DNA of 64,000 bases from Lachnospiraceae bacterium (GTDB lineage: Bacteria; Bacillota; Clostridia; Lachnospirales; Lachnospiraceae). The stretch is taken from assembly GCA_022797375.1 (NCBI GenBank), contig JAAWKM010000001.1, positions 2,332-66,331 on the forward strand, in the 5' to 3' direction. The first letter of the stretch is position 1, and each line of letters begins with the position of its first letter. The position numbers and the translations under genes are program-made. Shown one piece after another: positions 38,301-45,858 of the stretch. A model generated the notes under the pieces. That model saw nothing but the letters and a program-made list of their open reading frames with translations. It made no database searches and had not been told where the DNA came from.

Positions 38301-39310
38301 AGCTTGTCTTTGCTTTCATTGATTTCATCAGTGAGCATTTTAGCAAAATTGTCACTTCCAAAATCATAATCTGATGCTATTTTCTGGATTTTTAACAGTT
38401 TTTCATAAATATTATCCATGCCACCAGATAACTCAATAGCCAGAGGGGCAATACCATTGCCGCCTGCATATTCATTTCCTGTACCAATAGTGCCATACTG
38501 GGAAATGGCTTTTTCAAACTTCTTGTACTCCTCCATGTTGCGGTTAGCAGCTGATATCAGGTTTAATACAATGGGTTCTTCCATTTCAGCCACCATTCTG
38601 TCCATATTATTGGAATAACCACTGAAAGTATTAGATAAATTTTGCCAGAAACCATTCTGTCCATTAAATGTATTTACACTTTCCTGGTATTTTTTTCCGC
38701 TTAATATATCAAGTGCATCTGCCTGGTCATTTATCGCAGATGTGACAGCCTGTATTGTTTCTGTTTCAGTACCATATTTGCCAATAAGTTCATCCTGTAT
38801 GCCCATTAAACTTCTACGGGATTCTGTTACATCACTGATGGAAGAGGAGGAATCATTAATTGTATCCTGCAATTCCTGGATTTTTGTTTTATAACTTTCA
38901 ATGTCTGACTTTGTATCGCTGAATGATGTACCAGTTTCTTTTGCACTTTCCCTTATGCTTTCAGATGCAGTTGCGAATTCATGTATTCCAGAGATTAATT
39001 TTGTTATCCCCCATGCAAAGAGCATATTCCCAGCCAGTGCCAGCCCTTTGAGTGCTATGGTCGCAGCTTTAGAAGAAGCAGTCATGTTATTTTGTACATT
39101 TATTAATCCTTCAATAGAAGCTTTACCTCTGTTTAATCCAGTAAAATATGCTTTTGTATTTTCATCTGTGTTTGCTATAATCTTATTGAAAGTTTCTTGA
39201 TTTGTACATCCATGTTTTACAGCATTATTCCAATTACGTAAGATTTGTATATGCTCATTTGTAACAGTATTTTTATTTGATGAAAATACTGAACTAATCC
39301 CACCAAACAA
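32387..39310 (-). CDS. Giant tail tape-measure-like protein (2307 aa)
   Basis: N-terminal hydrophobic segment LKGLALAGNMLFAWGITKLISG, more than 1500 aa of coiled coil with internal repeats, C-terminal TMP-like GDDGWCVVQKGEAILN motif. Annotated start is TTG. The frame stays open upstream to 39439 without an ATG. Confidence 0.8.
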   Translation of the reverse strand: MFGGISSVFSSNKNTVTNEHIQILRNWNNAVKHGCTNQETFNKIIANTDENTKAYFTGLNRGKASIEGLINVQNNMTASSKAATIALKGLALAGNMLFAWGITKLISGIHEFATASESIRESAKETGTSFSDTKSDIESYKTKIQELQDTINDSSSSISDVTESRRSLMGIQDELIGKYGTETETIQAVTSAINDQADALDILSGKKYQESVNTFNGQNGFWQNLSNTFSGYSNNMDRMVAEMEEPIVLNLISAANRNMEEYKKFEKAISQYGTIGTGNEYAGGNGIAPLAIELSGGMDNIYEKLLKIQKIASDYDFGSDNFAKMLTDEINESKDKLDKYSELYDGYVLNEKILSRSGSQKGYDNIFENINNAMESYQKAKLDGSNKEIQKAGENYASVLSEELSKIAPDDENVKTYLENLYPEMQEIVGTWELEYSLKSDGKEKEKLKEALDKFEGTNEIKGYNPDASNDEDKNEAYAFLEGYAGKYKLETDQLIDKAQELGLVQNENYNQLVELFGQYNISKLAPDDLGIAYKIENIGGITFEELQEKIEETKQKSKEAAIVSFSEAWKELKNATGDDYKNLVPDLLELSNTGTLTPETLKSVENYNTLLEKTGLTAEEAVKEIYKLKDTDFTSMLASMREGISSISDILATKKDNLSDKKTKTQGIGADTLASMPEEVKKCRKEYQKFVNILGDGSSSMDECQKAADNLATAYVNSNYFLEKLNDSNKDAAISMLEEMGIVNADQVVMEALARKKAEAWVATQDFTNMTGAEIAELINEQGALDGTTKALQLYALNKLWANGNALDTQADLDNLIAFVKGLGLSAKALETYRNAKAGFKIPQAPGQDLVNQFLNGNISGKDLVNIKNDDPVLKSNATNEINGILADLGNVSASISPKGPGYAGKNSNGSGKDKGSSSKTRETKQEIDWLQRAIDVTTNKIDFLKAKLENIFAVKKSNRVLKDQINETGSLIANLGKKVRKYWKEANQNKLSSKLKNQVRKGKVKSGHNELVQKYGEKKAGLIESYKESLSKYESARDKKKEAVNKKKSLQQELDINNGKSGKYLKKYTNQIKSSRKKAKRYKKKADNVKLSARLKKQVRNGQINGSRKQLAKTYGKSKTKKIKKYGNNYTKYQAAIKAKNKAVKNKKAVKEQAISNSTLEKRNTNLGQQIKLSKKLEKMYAKAEKTYATKAGSVKLDEKLKELVHNGQVKGSHKELVRQYGEKTADKIEKYKDYYEKSQKAKKSRQETKTQTRELKEQQHQNRIDDADARIEKLNAQAENKTKASGKNQYLEKSVKWTKISYNQQIKIAQLEKDSVKAAQLKAEKKKALLDIEIQQHQNLQDEYDSYVSLYSVEAESGKTAKDKEASLKEQIKYTKKSYKEQINIAKAEGNAALKKQLQIEKQQELLSLDTQILQNYADEHNASATLANTQAKVAASAKEKNEFGHKALENEIQEYKYLYQIAKLKGDITEMARLEAGIQSTANESAKTQMDNIATEYQKKLDEIDRKTSFINHQVSLVEAKNGFITAEMYEETVKSEKEHLEMLKQEKTGLEENFKNVGIGSDQWYEMRNIIYSVDEAIQNTNESITGNTQKIREAKRELEDLGRGVIDNLDEEADFYEKILSYKDMFDNETGLITREGSSTLALHAFKATDGITQSQIIQEQLRQLDKDYISGTNSMSFNDYYERRDELVKQQRSYIEGCYEEMEAIKELCSEGYEKQKEAMEKLVDKYKKTLQAEKNLRDYQNKIADKTADIASIKKQIAALKGNMTEEARAKMQKLTVQLNDAEKDLEETEYEKYISDQEEILDNMLVEFENFIDRQLADMEWLVEKVIKAMPASTSVVNNTLNEIADMWGITLSEALDSSTLSGSYSTIADKTSETATIADSIYKAITGNYDAIGSALTFLSVNTQQMLLWLNTHNFTTDIEEAIKNTKDYQPEKYETIPNDKPDITDPATENTWDNGSNTILDKIKKLVESKGQKAYGSDQAGNDWSKRVYKDGLSLMLLENTGKVLDDSYLTVLAELLDIDTGDWTSENTVKALKGYNYNGGIYAEFRNTIAEGLASQLGWNKHTTEVHQIQGSAAMGNYVQNQMESADNGTNGMKTKAINFINSNLRTPEGSETMALRYDPLNSYIYSKTNKILTDAGHAETLAKILGVSTAQDGWRQIAADDLKSIGYSEGGIAEILKTVPGRTGDDGWCVVQKGEAILNLEQTEMFKDLITKLPELTRTTDIVPAALKTPSYNTAINNDNSISMGSMVFNIDGSNIHDLESLKKEIQHDNKFRNFMTDVVLGKVTGNNYAHMKY
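35540..36480 (-). repeat. Three tandem repeats of about 300-320 nt (about 100-105 aa) inside the giant tail gene
   Basis: Protein repeats ...KLSSKLKNQVRKGKVKSGHNELVQKYGEKKA..., ...KLSARLKKQVRNGQINGSRKQLAKTYGKSKT..., ...KLDEKLKELVHNGQVKGSHKELVRQYGEKTA...; DNA motif c(g/t)ttg(c/t)gtac at about 35683, 36002 and 36303. Confidence 0.8.
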
Positions 39311-39499
39311 ACCATTTTGAGAATACCCTTTTTGCCAATTAGTTTTATATGTATTTAAATCTTTATTAAATAATGCTAATGATTGTCTAGTATCATCAAC
39401 AGAATTTTTGACTATTTTAAATATCGGACTATATTTAGATGCTTAGGGACATCAATCAGCATTAGTAAAAACACTGAAAATTAAATAGATAATATAAAT

Positions 39500-39528
39500 T
39501 TGTCTGTTTATCTGTTATATGGTACAAT
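39500..39528 (+). promoter_or_regulatory. SigmaA-type promoter of zinc-ribbon gene 1
   Basis: TTGTCT - 17 nt - TACAAT with an extended -10 TG (tggTACAAT), 40 nt upstream of the ATG. Confidence 0.55.
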
Positions 39529-39567
39529 AATATCTAAGCTATTATAAAACTAAGGAGGTATAAGAAT

Positions 39568-40116
39568 ATGTCTATAATTAAATGTCCTGAATGTGGAAGA
39601 GATATTTCAAATAAAGCAACTATATGTCCAGCATGTGGTTATCCAATAGCAAAAGAAAAGATAGAAATAAATACTGAACCTTCGCCTTCTGGAATGAATG
39701 TATGTCCAACATGCGGGAAATTTTTTTTAGGTAAAGAAACATGTCCGTCTTGTAAATCAAAAATGATAAATTGTCATTGTACAGAAGACGAGTGGACTAC
39801 TATGTTATTGAATGATACTCTTAAATCATGGGAAAGACAAATACGTGAAAAATATGTTTTAAAAAGCAATCATTTTAACAAAGATTTATATAATGCGCAA
39901 TTGGAATATGAACAATCAGAGGATGACTGTTATAAAGAAATGATGAAAAATAATTTAAAATCATCAAAACTAACAATATATTGTCCATATTGTAATTCAT
40001 TAAACACGTCAAAAATATCAACTACTTCAAAAGTTGTTAATGTAGCTGTCTTTGGTATTTTTGGAACTAAAAGGCATAAACAGTGGCATTGTAACGAATG
40101 TGGCAGCGATTTTTAA
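39568..40116 (+). CDS. Multi-zinc-ribbon protein (moron, copy 1)
   Basis: CPECG...CPACG, CPTCG...CPSC, CPYCNS...KQWHCNECGSDF; strong SD aaggagg; opposite strand to the phage late genes. Confidence 0.8.
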   Translation: MSIIKCPECGRDISNKATICPACGYPIAKEKIEINTEPSPSGMNVCPTCGKFFLGKETCPSCKSKMINCHCTEDEWTTMLLNDTLKSWERQIREKYVLKSNHFNKDLYNAQLEYEQSEDDCYKEMMKNNLKSSKLTIYCPYCNSLNTSKISTTSKVVNVAVFGIFGTKRHKQWHCNECGSDF

Positions 40117-40178
40117 CTTATATAACACCACTTTCTTTTATTAGAATTTTAATCTGTGTATTATTTACATACACAAAT

Positions 40179-40212
40179 AAGGGCAGGAGGGTGGCTGCCT
40201 GTCCTTATTTCT
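40179..40212 (+). terminator. Terminator of zinc-ribbon gene 1
   Basis: aagggcagg/cctgtcctt 9-bp stem (one G-U), 10-nt loop, then atttct. Confidence 0.55.
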
Positions 40213-40879
40213 ATATATAATGCCTGGTAATTTTTATAACATTGTCTGGCATGTCTGTAATTGACTGCTTCCTCTGCTGTAAGCCATGTCTTTTCAAGGA
40301 GGGTATTATAATTTTCAACAGATTTGAGTGTTTCAGGTGTAAGCGTGCCTGCATTTGAAAGTTCTAACAGGTCTGGTACAAGGTTTTTGTAGTCATCATC
40401 TGAGGAGGAACCATTAATTGTATCCTGTAATTCCTGGATTTTTGTTTTATAACTTTCAATGTCTGGCTTTGTGCCGCTGAATGATGTACTAGTTTCTTTT
40501 GCACTTTCCCTTATGCTTTCAGATGCAGTTGTGAATTCATGTATTCCAGAGATTAATTTTGTTATCCCCCATGCAAAGAGCATATTCCCAGCCAGCGCCA
40601 GCCCTTTGAGTGCTAGCCCCGAAGCTTTAGAGGTTCTTGTCATATTATTAAGGGCAACTGTATTCCCATTAGCCTGTTCCACCATAACATGTGCAGCTTC
40701 AGACGCATTGAGCATAGTCCTGTTAAATGCAGTCTGTGAGGTTACACATGCGTCTATCTGTGCATTATATGCCCTTATTGCATTTATATCGGCATCAGAT
40801 AGTATATTCTGCCTTGTAAAAAATTCTTTAATATTCCCGAAGTTTGTCCCTAATGTGGTATTTCCATCGAAGTCGGTTA

Positions 40880-40908
40880 TTGTTTTAAATATCGTACTAT
40901 GATATACT
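40880..40908 (+). promoter_or_regulatory. SigmaA-type promoter of zinc-ribbon gene 2
   Basis: TTGTTT - 17 nt - TATACT, 50 nt upstream of the ATG. Confidence 0.45.
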
Positions 40909-40957
40909 GAAATAAACATTATTAGGATATATTTATTTTAGTTGGAGGAAAATACTT

Positions 40958-41275
40958 ATGGGAATATTTTTAACAAGAAAAAATACACTCAGATGTCCTG
41001 AATGTGGTGGATATGCTGATAAAAATGCTGCTTCTACAAAAAATAGGAATTATATGTGTCCTATATGCAACTGCAAACTTGTGACAGAAGATGAATACCG
41101 GTTATACAGACACCCGTCTGCCAAACCCACAGTGGAATGTCCTTACTGCCATTCCACAGACACTAAGAAAATTTCTGGTGCATCAAAGGCAGGCAGCATA
41201 GCAGTGTTTGGTGTCTTTGCTTTGTCTAAAGCCAGCAAACAGTGGCATTGCAACAAATGCGGCAGTGATTTTTAA
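40958..41275 (+). CDS. Zinc-ribbon protein (moron, copy 2)
   Basis: CPECGG...CPICNC, then CPYCHSTDTKKISGASKAGSIAVFGVFALSKASKQWHCNKCGSDF, homologous to the C-terminus of copy 1; SD ggagg. Confidence 0.8.
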   Translation: MGIFLTRKNTLRCPECGGYADKNAASTKNRNYMCPICNCKLVTEDEYRLYRHPSAKPTVECPYCHSTDTKKISGASKAGSIAVFGVFALSKASKQWHCNKCGSDF

Positions 41276-41307
41276 CTTATATAACACCACTTCCTTTTAT
41301 TAGAATT

Positions 41308-41819
41308 TTAATATGTGTATGTAAATAATGCTTGGTACTTCTTATAACATTGTCTGGCATGTCTGTAATTGACTGCTTCCTCTTTGAGTGTTTCAGTTAT
41401 AAGCGTGCCTGCATTTGAAAGTTTTAACAGGCCTGGTACAAGGTTTTTGTAGTCATTATCTGTTACATTTTTAAGTTCCTTCCAGGCTTCGGAGAAGGAA
41501 AGGAGTGTATCATTAATATCTTTTGATTTTTCTTTTAATGAATTATGGATATTGCTAATTATTATATCTGCAATTTCATCTGCTGTTTCTACAAAATCAT
41601 ATGGACTATGCCAGACCAGTTAACCATGTCTGAATTAACTGCATCATATATTTCAGAGGCAGAAAGTGCTTTTATAACTTTGGATTTTACTTCATTGCTA
41701 ACCATTTCATCACCCAGTTTAGCCTTGAGTACATTTTCAGATGTCTGGTATCCTTCAAGGTTAAAACTAGGGGATATAGCAAATTCTTTTTGTATTTTAC
41801 CATCTTCAATCCCCAGCAC
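41308..41819 (-). pseudogene. Frameshifted paralogue of a mid-section of the giant tail gene (fragment 3)
   Basis: 41391-41512 is roughly 93% identical by eye to 37501-37622 (SFSEAWKELKN..DYKNLVP). It has the same EEAV/NYRHARQCYK junction as fragment 2. The reading frame breaks at about 41589. Confidence 0.7.
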
Positions 41820-41994
41820 GTTACATAAATCAGAAATAAAATACTATATTTTTGCAATGAAGCATACACAATTTGTGTCCTGCTAATATAGATGTTGTTG
41901 TACCCATCTATATAAAAATTGCATTTAGTTACCAGAAAATCTCATTAATTAACAAGTCTTAATTTCATAATTGTCTCCATTTCTTTCGCTTCGC

Positions 41995-42817
41995 TCAAGG
42001 CACAAACAAGACATGAAAAAACTTGTTGTGCCTCCCCTCCACTTTGTTTATAATAATATTAGGAATAGCAATACACTACAGAGCACGGAGAGGTGAGTGG
42101 CCAATTTATTTCGACCCCATATAATTTGTATGTGCCATCATCCTTTTAAGCACAAACAAGTGGGACTTTGAGCTCGGACTCTTATCATTGGTAATAAACC
42201 ATGTTTATCCAGTCACAGGATGACAGTCAATGTTGCTATTCCTTTTTATTTTTAAGGTGGTGATATTTATGATGAAGTTAAAATACTCCATCTGCTGTGG
42301 ACTTGATGTCCACAAAAACATTATCGTTGTAACCATCGTAACTACCAATAAAGACGGAATATCCGAGTATAATCAAAAATCTTTTTCTACCATCAACTCT
42401 GATATTCAAAAGTTTCATGACTGGCGTGTCAAGAATAACTGCTTTCATGTTTGTATGGAATGCATCGGAAAATACTGGATTCCTATTTTTAATTATCTTA
42501 AAAATGACATTGGGGTTTGCCTTACACACCCCAAATATGTCAAAGCCATCAAAGGCAGGAAAACCGACAAAAAGGATTCCAAATGGATTGCTGGCCTCTA
42601 CGAGTTTGACCTCGTCAGGTGTTCCTTTATCCCACCGAAAGATTTCCGACAACTCCGTGAGATTGCAAAGAAATCTTTTAGTCCAACTGATTATGAGGAA
42701 TTGGTGGAATCTCGTAATCATATGGAACGTGTTATTTTAAATGAAATTAACGCTATAGCATTTCTTGCAGCCCAAGGTTATGATATATCAAGTTTAGTTA
42801 AATGCAACAATAATTAA
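41995..42817 (+). mobile_element. Truncated IS110-family element: N-terminal DEDD transposase domain only, plus upstream non-coding leader
   Basis: From the ATG at 42269: GLDVHK...MECIGKYWIPIFNYL...THPKYVKAIKGRKTDKKDSKWIAGLYEFDLVRCSFIPPKDFRQLREI matches the IS110 N-domain. Similarity ends at about 42670 and the C-terminal Tnp domain is absent. Confidence 0.75.
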
Positions 42818-43114
42818 ACCTCAATCAAATCGAACATAGATTCTGAAAAGGGCTATTTTAAGACCCTTTATTTAAGTAAGTCTCAAAATCCACTTTATTT
42901 TTCACTCTTATACCTCCAGTATTTGATTTTAATATTTTCATGAAAATAAAATACTCACCAGATAAGATTGTTTCTAATCTTATTTGGCAGGTGTGTTGCT
43001 TTGTATATATTTAAATTGTAATAGTGGTTATTTGGCGGGAGAGTATAAACTATAAAAAGAGCAAAAAAATAATATCAAATTTTCTCGCCCTTTCAATTAT
43101 ATAATTTTAAGTTA

Positions 43115-43300
43115 TTAATGTTTTAATGCTGCAACTTGTTCATCTCTATACGAATTTATTCGTATCAAACGTTTTTCTCTTAAACTTTTTCTTTTATCTT
43201 TATCTTTTCGGTTGTTAATATAAATATCTTTAATCGTCTTGTTCTTTTGGCTAAAATTAACGTTCTGGTTTTCTTTTGTTAAATTGTTATTAGATGACAT
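43115..43300 (-). CDS. Small (61-aa) highly basic protein, hypothetical
   Basis: ATG at 43300 preceded by a strong SD (aagggagg); MSSNNNLTKENQ...RKDKDKRKSLREKRLIRINSYRDEQVAALKH. Confidence 0.6.
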   Translation of the reverse strand: MSSNNNLTKENQNVNFSQKNKTIKDIYINNRKDKDKRKSLREKRLIRINSYRDEQVAALKH

Positions 43301-43311
43301 AACTACCTCCC

Positions 43312-44730
43312 TTATTTTGTGATATGTGTTAATAATGATAATTGATAATTTGGTGGAATGCAACAAATTAATTTAAATATATTTAAATTTGTGTTAACTG
43401 GATATGTCGTATCACCAATTAATACAATTATAGTATTATCCTTTAAAAATAATTCCGTATACCATAAATAATGAGGTAAATTTTTATTTATTAAATCAAT
43501 TATATCTTGTTTTATATATTCCTCAAACTTCAAATCTGGATTTAAAAGTGACCTCAAATATGATTTCAAATCTACATTATCAATTATAATATTACGTTTA
43601 CGTGAAATAAAACTTTGTGGTATATCTAGGTTTTCAATTTCTTCATCTACAAAGCCATCATATTCTTCTGCTGTTAAATATACTCTGCCATGAGTAGCAC
43701 ATATCAAATATGTGGTTTCATTATTATTAGGAAATAATTGTCTATTAGAAACCATTCCTATAAAACTATCTTCTCCATTAGCCTTTTTTAAAAATGCCCC
43801 AGAATCATCATAAATAATATAATGTCTTCTATTTTTAGTATGACCAATTATGAGGACAACATGTTTCGCTTTATAAGCAATAACTGGTAATCCACTTTCA
43901 ATATACGAATCTACTATATTAGTTATATGATTTAATGATTCATTGTATGGAATTCCTTCTTCTTTATGTTTTGTATGTTTCATTCTTTTATCCTTAATTT
44001 TCTTTTTTAAGTGATAATCAACAGGACTTCCATTAGAGCGGAATATTTCCAACATTTCTTTAGCTGTGAGTCCTTTACTTGGTAATGGACTATATTTCAT
44101 ATATTCTTGAATATCACTTACTTTTATCAGTTTATGATTATATTTTATATTTGTGTATGTAGAAAACATAATAATATCTGCCTGAGCGCATGTTGTAACT
44201 ACTGAATCTTGAGAATAAAATGAAAAAGTTTTTATTTGAATTTTATAAGAAAAAATATGTACTATTTTTTCACAAGTCATTATATAACTATCTTCTTTAT
44301 ATTTTAAAATGCTCCAATTAGGTACAACAAAAGATAACATTAAATTAAAATCTGGTACAGGTCTTAAAGTAATATATCCTAAATAGCTTTGCGTTAATAT
44401 ATCATTATTTATATCATTATTTAAATTGAGTTCTTTACTAAAAAAATGTACTCTCATAACTTTATTATTATTACAATATGAAGTATGAGCATAATGTATA
44501 GAAAATATTTCTTTCCAAATTGCTTCTGTATATTCATTTTCTATTAATATATACATACAATCATTTATAATTAATCTAATTTTAGATAATATATAATCAT
44601 TATATAATTCAAATTGTATATTACGTTCAAATTCATCTGTTAATAAAAGAATATCATTTAAATTAAAATTATCACAGATTTTTTTACATAAATATTCATC
44701 CGAATATTTATGTATAGATTCTTTAATCAT
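43312..44730 (-). CDS. Papain-fold (C39-like) cysteine peptidase-domain protein with unknown N- and C-terminal domains
   Basis: YSQDSVVTTCAQADIIMF (Cys codon 44188-44190), ESGLPVIAYKAKHVVLIIGH (His codon 43861-43863), YIIYDDSG: Q..C / H / D order and spacing as in C39-type peptidases. The ATGATTAA overlap with the upstream stop suggests translational coupling. Confidence 0.6.
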   Translation of the reverse strand: MIKESIHKYSDEYLCKKICDNFNLNDILLLTDEFERNIQFELYNDYILSKIRLIINDCMYILIENEYTEAIWKEIFSIHYAHTSYCNNNKVMRVHFFSKELNLNNDINNDILTQSYLGYITLRPVPDFNLMLSFVVPNWSILKYKEDSYIMTCEKIVHIFSYKIQIKTFSFYSQDSVVTTCAQADIIMFSTYTNIKYNHKLIKVSDIQEYMKYSPLPSKGLTAKEMLEIFRSNGSPVDYHLKKKIKDKRMKHTKHKEEGIPYNESLNHITNIVDSYIESGLPVIAYKAKHVVLIIGHTKNRRHYIIYDDSGAFLKKANGEDSFIGMVSNRQLFPNNNETTYLICATHGRVYLTAEEYDGFVDEEIENLDIPQSFISRKRNIIIDNVDLKSYLRSLLNPDLKFEEYIKQDIIDLINKNLPHYLWYTELFLKDNTIIVLIGDTTYPVNTNLNIFKLICCIPPNYQLSLLTHITK

Positions 44731-45049
44731 TTGTTTTTTCCTCTTTTTCAATTTTTAGGTTTAAATCTAATGTAATTTTTGTAATCATAAAAAGTGAAAT
44801 AAGTATCAAAATAGCCCCACTACTAATTTCTAGTTGTTGAACTTTTATATCTTTAATTTTAATTAATCCTACACGTAAATCATCATCTATAAAAATATAT
44901 AATAAAACTCCTACTATTAATGTAAAAAAAGAAATAATATATTGAATAAAAGTCAATTTTAACTGGTGTTTAAATATTTTTCCAAGATTTTTTACTTTAT
45001 GTGTATTTCTAATATAAAGATTAGATGTAGCTTTTTCATCTTCATGCAT
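44723..45049 (-). CDS. Small 2-TM membrane protein, hypothetical
   Basis: 108 aa; strong SD aggagg; two hydrophobic helices (FIQYIISFFTLIVGVLLYIFI, SGAILILISLFMITKI). Confidence 0.65.
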   Translation of the reverse strand: MHEDEKATSNLYIRNTHKVKNLGKIFKHQLKLTFIQYIISFFTLIVGVLLYIFIDDDLRVGLIKIKDIKVQQLEISSGAILILISLFMITKITLDLNLKIEKEEKTND

Positions 45050-45146
45050 TTTTTATCCTCCTAGTAAAATTATGAAATAATAAACTCAATTCTACTTATT
45101 TAATTCAAACATAGTTTCTACTCTTATATTTCTTTCATTGGTAATT

Positions 45147-45175
45147 ATCATAGTACATATAATACAAAAAGTCAA
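45147..45175 (-). promoter_or_regulatory. SigmaA-type promoter of the membrane-protein/peptidase/basic-peptide module
   Basis: Minus strand TTGACT (45175-45170) - 17 nt - TATGAT (45152-45147), about 95 nt upstream of the ATG at 45049. Confidence 0.5.
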
Positions 45176-45379
45176 GTAAAAAGTAAAAAAAATTAACAAT
45201 TTTGCATAATGTTAGAAATAAATTTATAAAATATTTTTAGGTTGTATTAAAAGTATAAAATAAAATATTATAATTATTATATATTTTTTATTTATTATTA
45301 TAATATTAAAATTTAACATTTTAAATTAAGTGTAAAAATAAAAATATTCTTGTTTCTAAATAATATTATTTTCTATGTT

Positions 45380-45858
45380 TCTTCCACTACAGCTAGGAGA
45401 AAATCTTCCATTACTTATATTATTGCCTTCTTACCAACTCTGGCAACGAGAGCCCTAATATGATACAGAAGCAGGAGATAAGATTCCTGCTGGTAATATA
45501 CTGCTGTATCCCAGCCTAGTCCCGAATGTATATTCTTCCACCAGCGTTTCATCTAAGTGGCTGTAGCCATTTCATTACAGTGAGGGTTCATCATTATACA
45601 AATGGGTATAATGAGAGGCTTCCCTGCGGATTTCTTTTAGTGCCACAATTTATAGTGGCAGGCACAAGATTCCCCGTCCTTGTATTATCCCAAGGTGCGT
45701 ATTCACGCCATATCGGCTTCCGCAGCAAATGGGCCACGGATTTTATTTACTGCCATGTATTTCATGGCAGGCATAGAACAGTCCTTATCTTTGCCATAAG
45801 GATTAAAAACTATGCTGTCGGCATATTATATAAACAAGAGGGAAAACATTTTATCCCT
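45380..45858 (-). ncRNA. Candidate group I intron-like structured RNA at the 3' end of the TP901-type tape-measure gene
   Basis: Minus-strand order. P1: exon GUCGGU (45864-45859) pairs with GCCGAC (45822-45817) and ends in a U-G. P-like UUGCUGCGGAAG (45728-45717). Q-like AAAUCCGCAGGGAAG (45633-45619). R-like CAUUCGGGACUAGG (45528-45515). S-like CUCCUAGCUG (45399-45390), giving a P7 with a bulged A. At least 6 local hairpins. No credible ORF. Confidence 0.5.

Larger units (their letters stand above)
40161..40919 (-). pseudogene. Deleted or chimeric paralogue of the 5' part of the giant tail gene (fragment 2)
   Basis: 40400-40618 is roughly 95% identical by eye to 38845-39058, and 40262-40398 to 37442-37578, so about 1.27 kb is missing in between. 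The N-terminal 100 aa are diverged. The C-terminal tail reads through the zinc-ribbon terminator. Confidence 0.75.

Noticed and set aside
32399-39200. About 25 plus-strand ORFs of 60-155 aa antisense to the giant tail gene
   Set aside because: They tile the opposite strand of one long, coherent coiled-coil ORF. Their translations are low-complexity (S/F/L/C-rich), and none has an SD or recognisable motif. They are shadow ORFs.
39311-45858. The whole 6.5-kb interval as one intervening sequence splitting a single 3000-aa tape-measure gene
   Set aside because: Fragment 2 shows that the giant gene family has its own ATG-initiated N-terminus, homologous to 39311-39439. The 693-aa and 2307-aa ORFs are therefore separate genes. 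The interval also holds genes on both strands with their own promoters.
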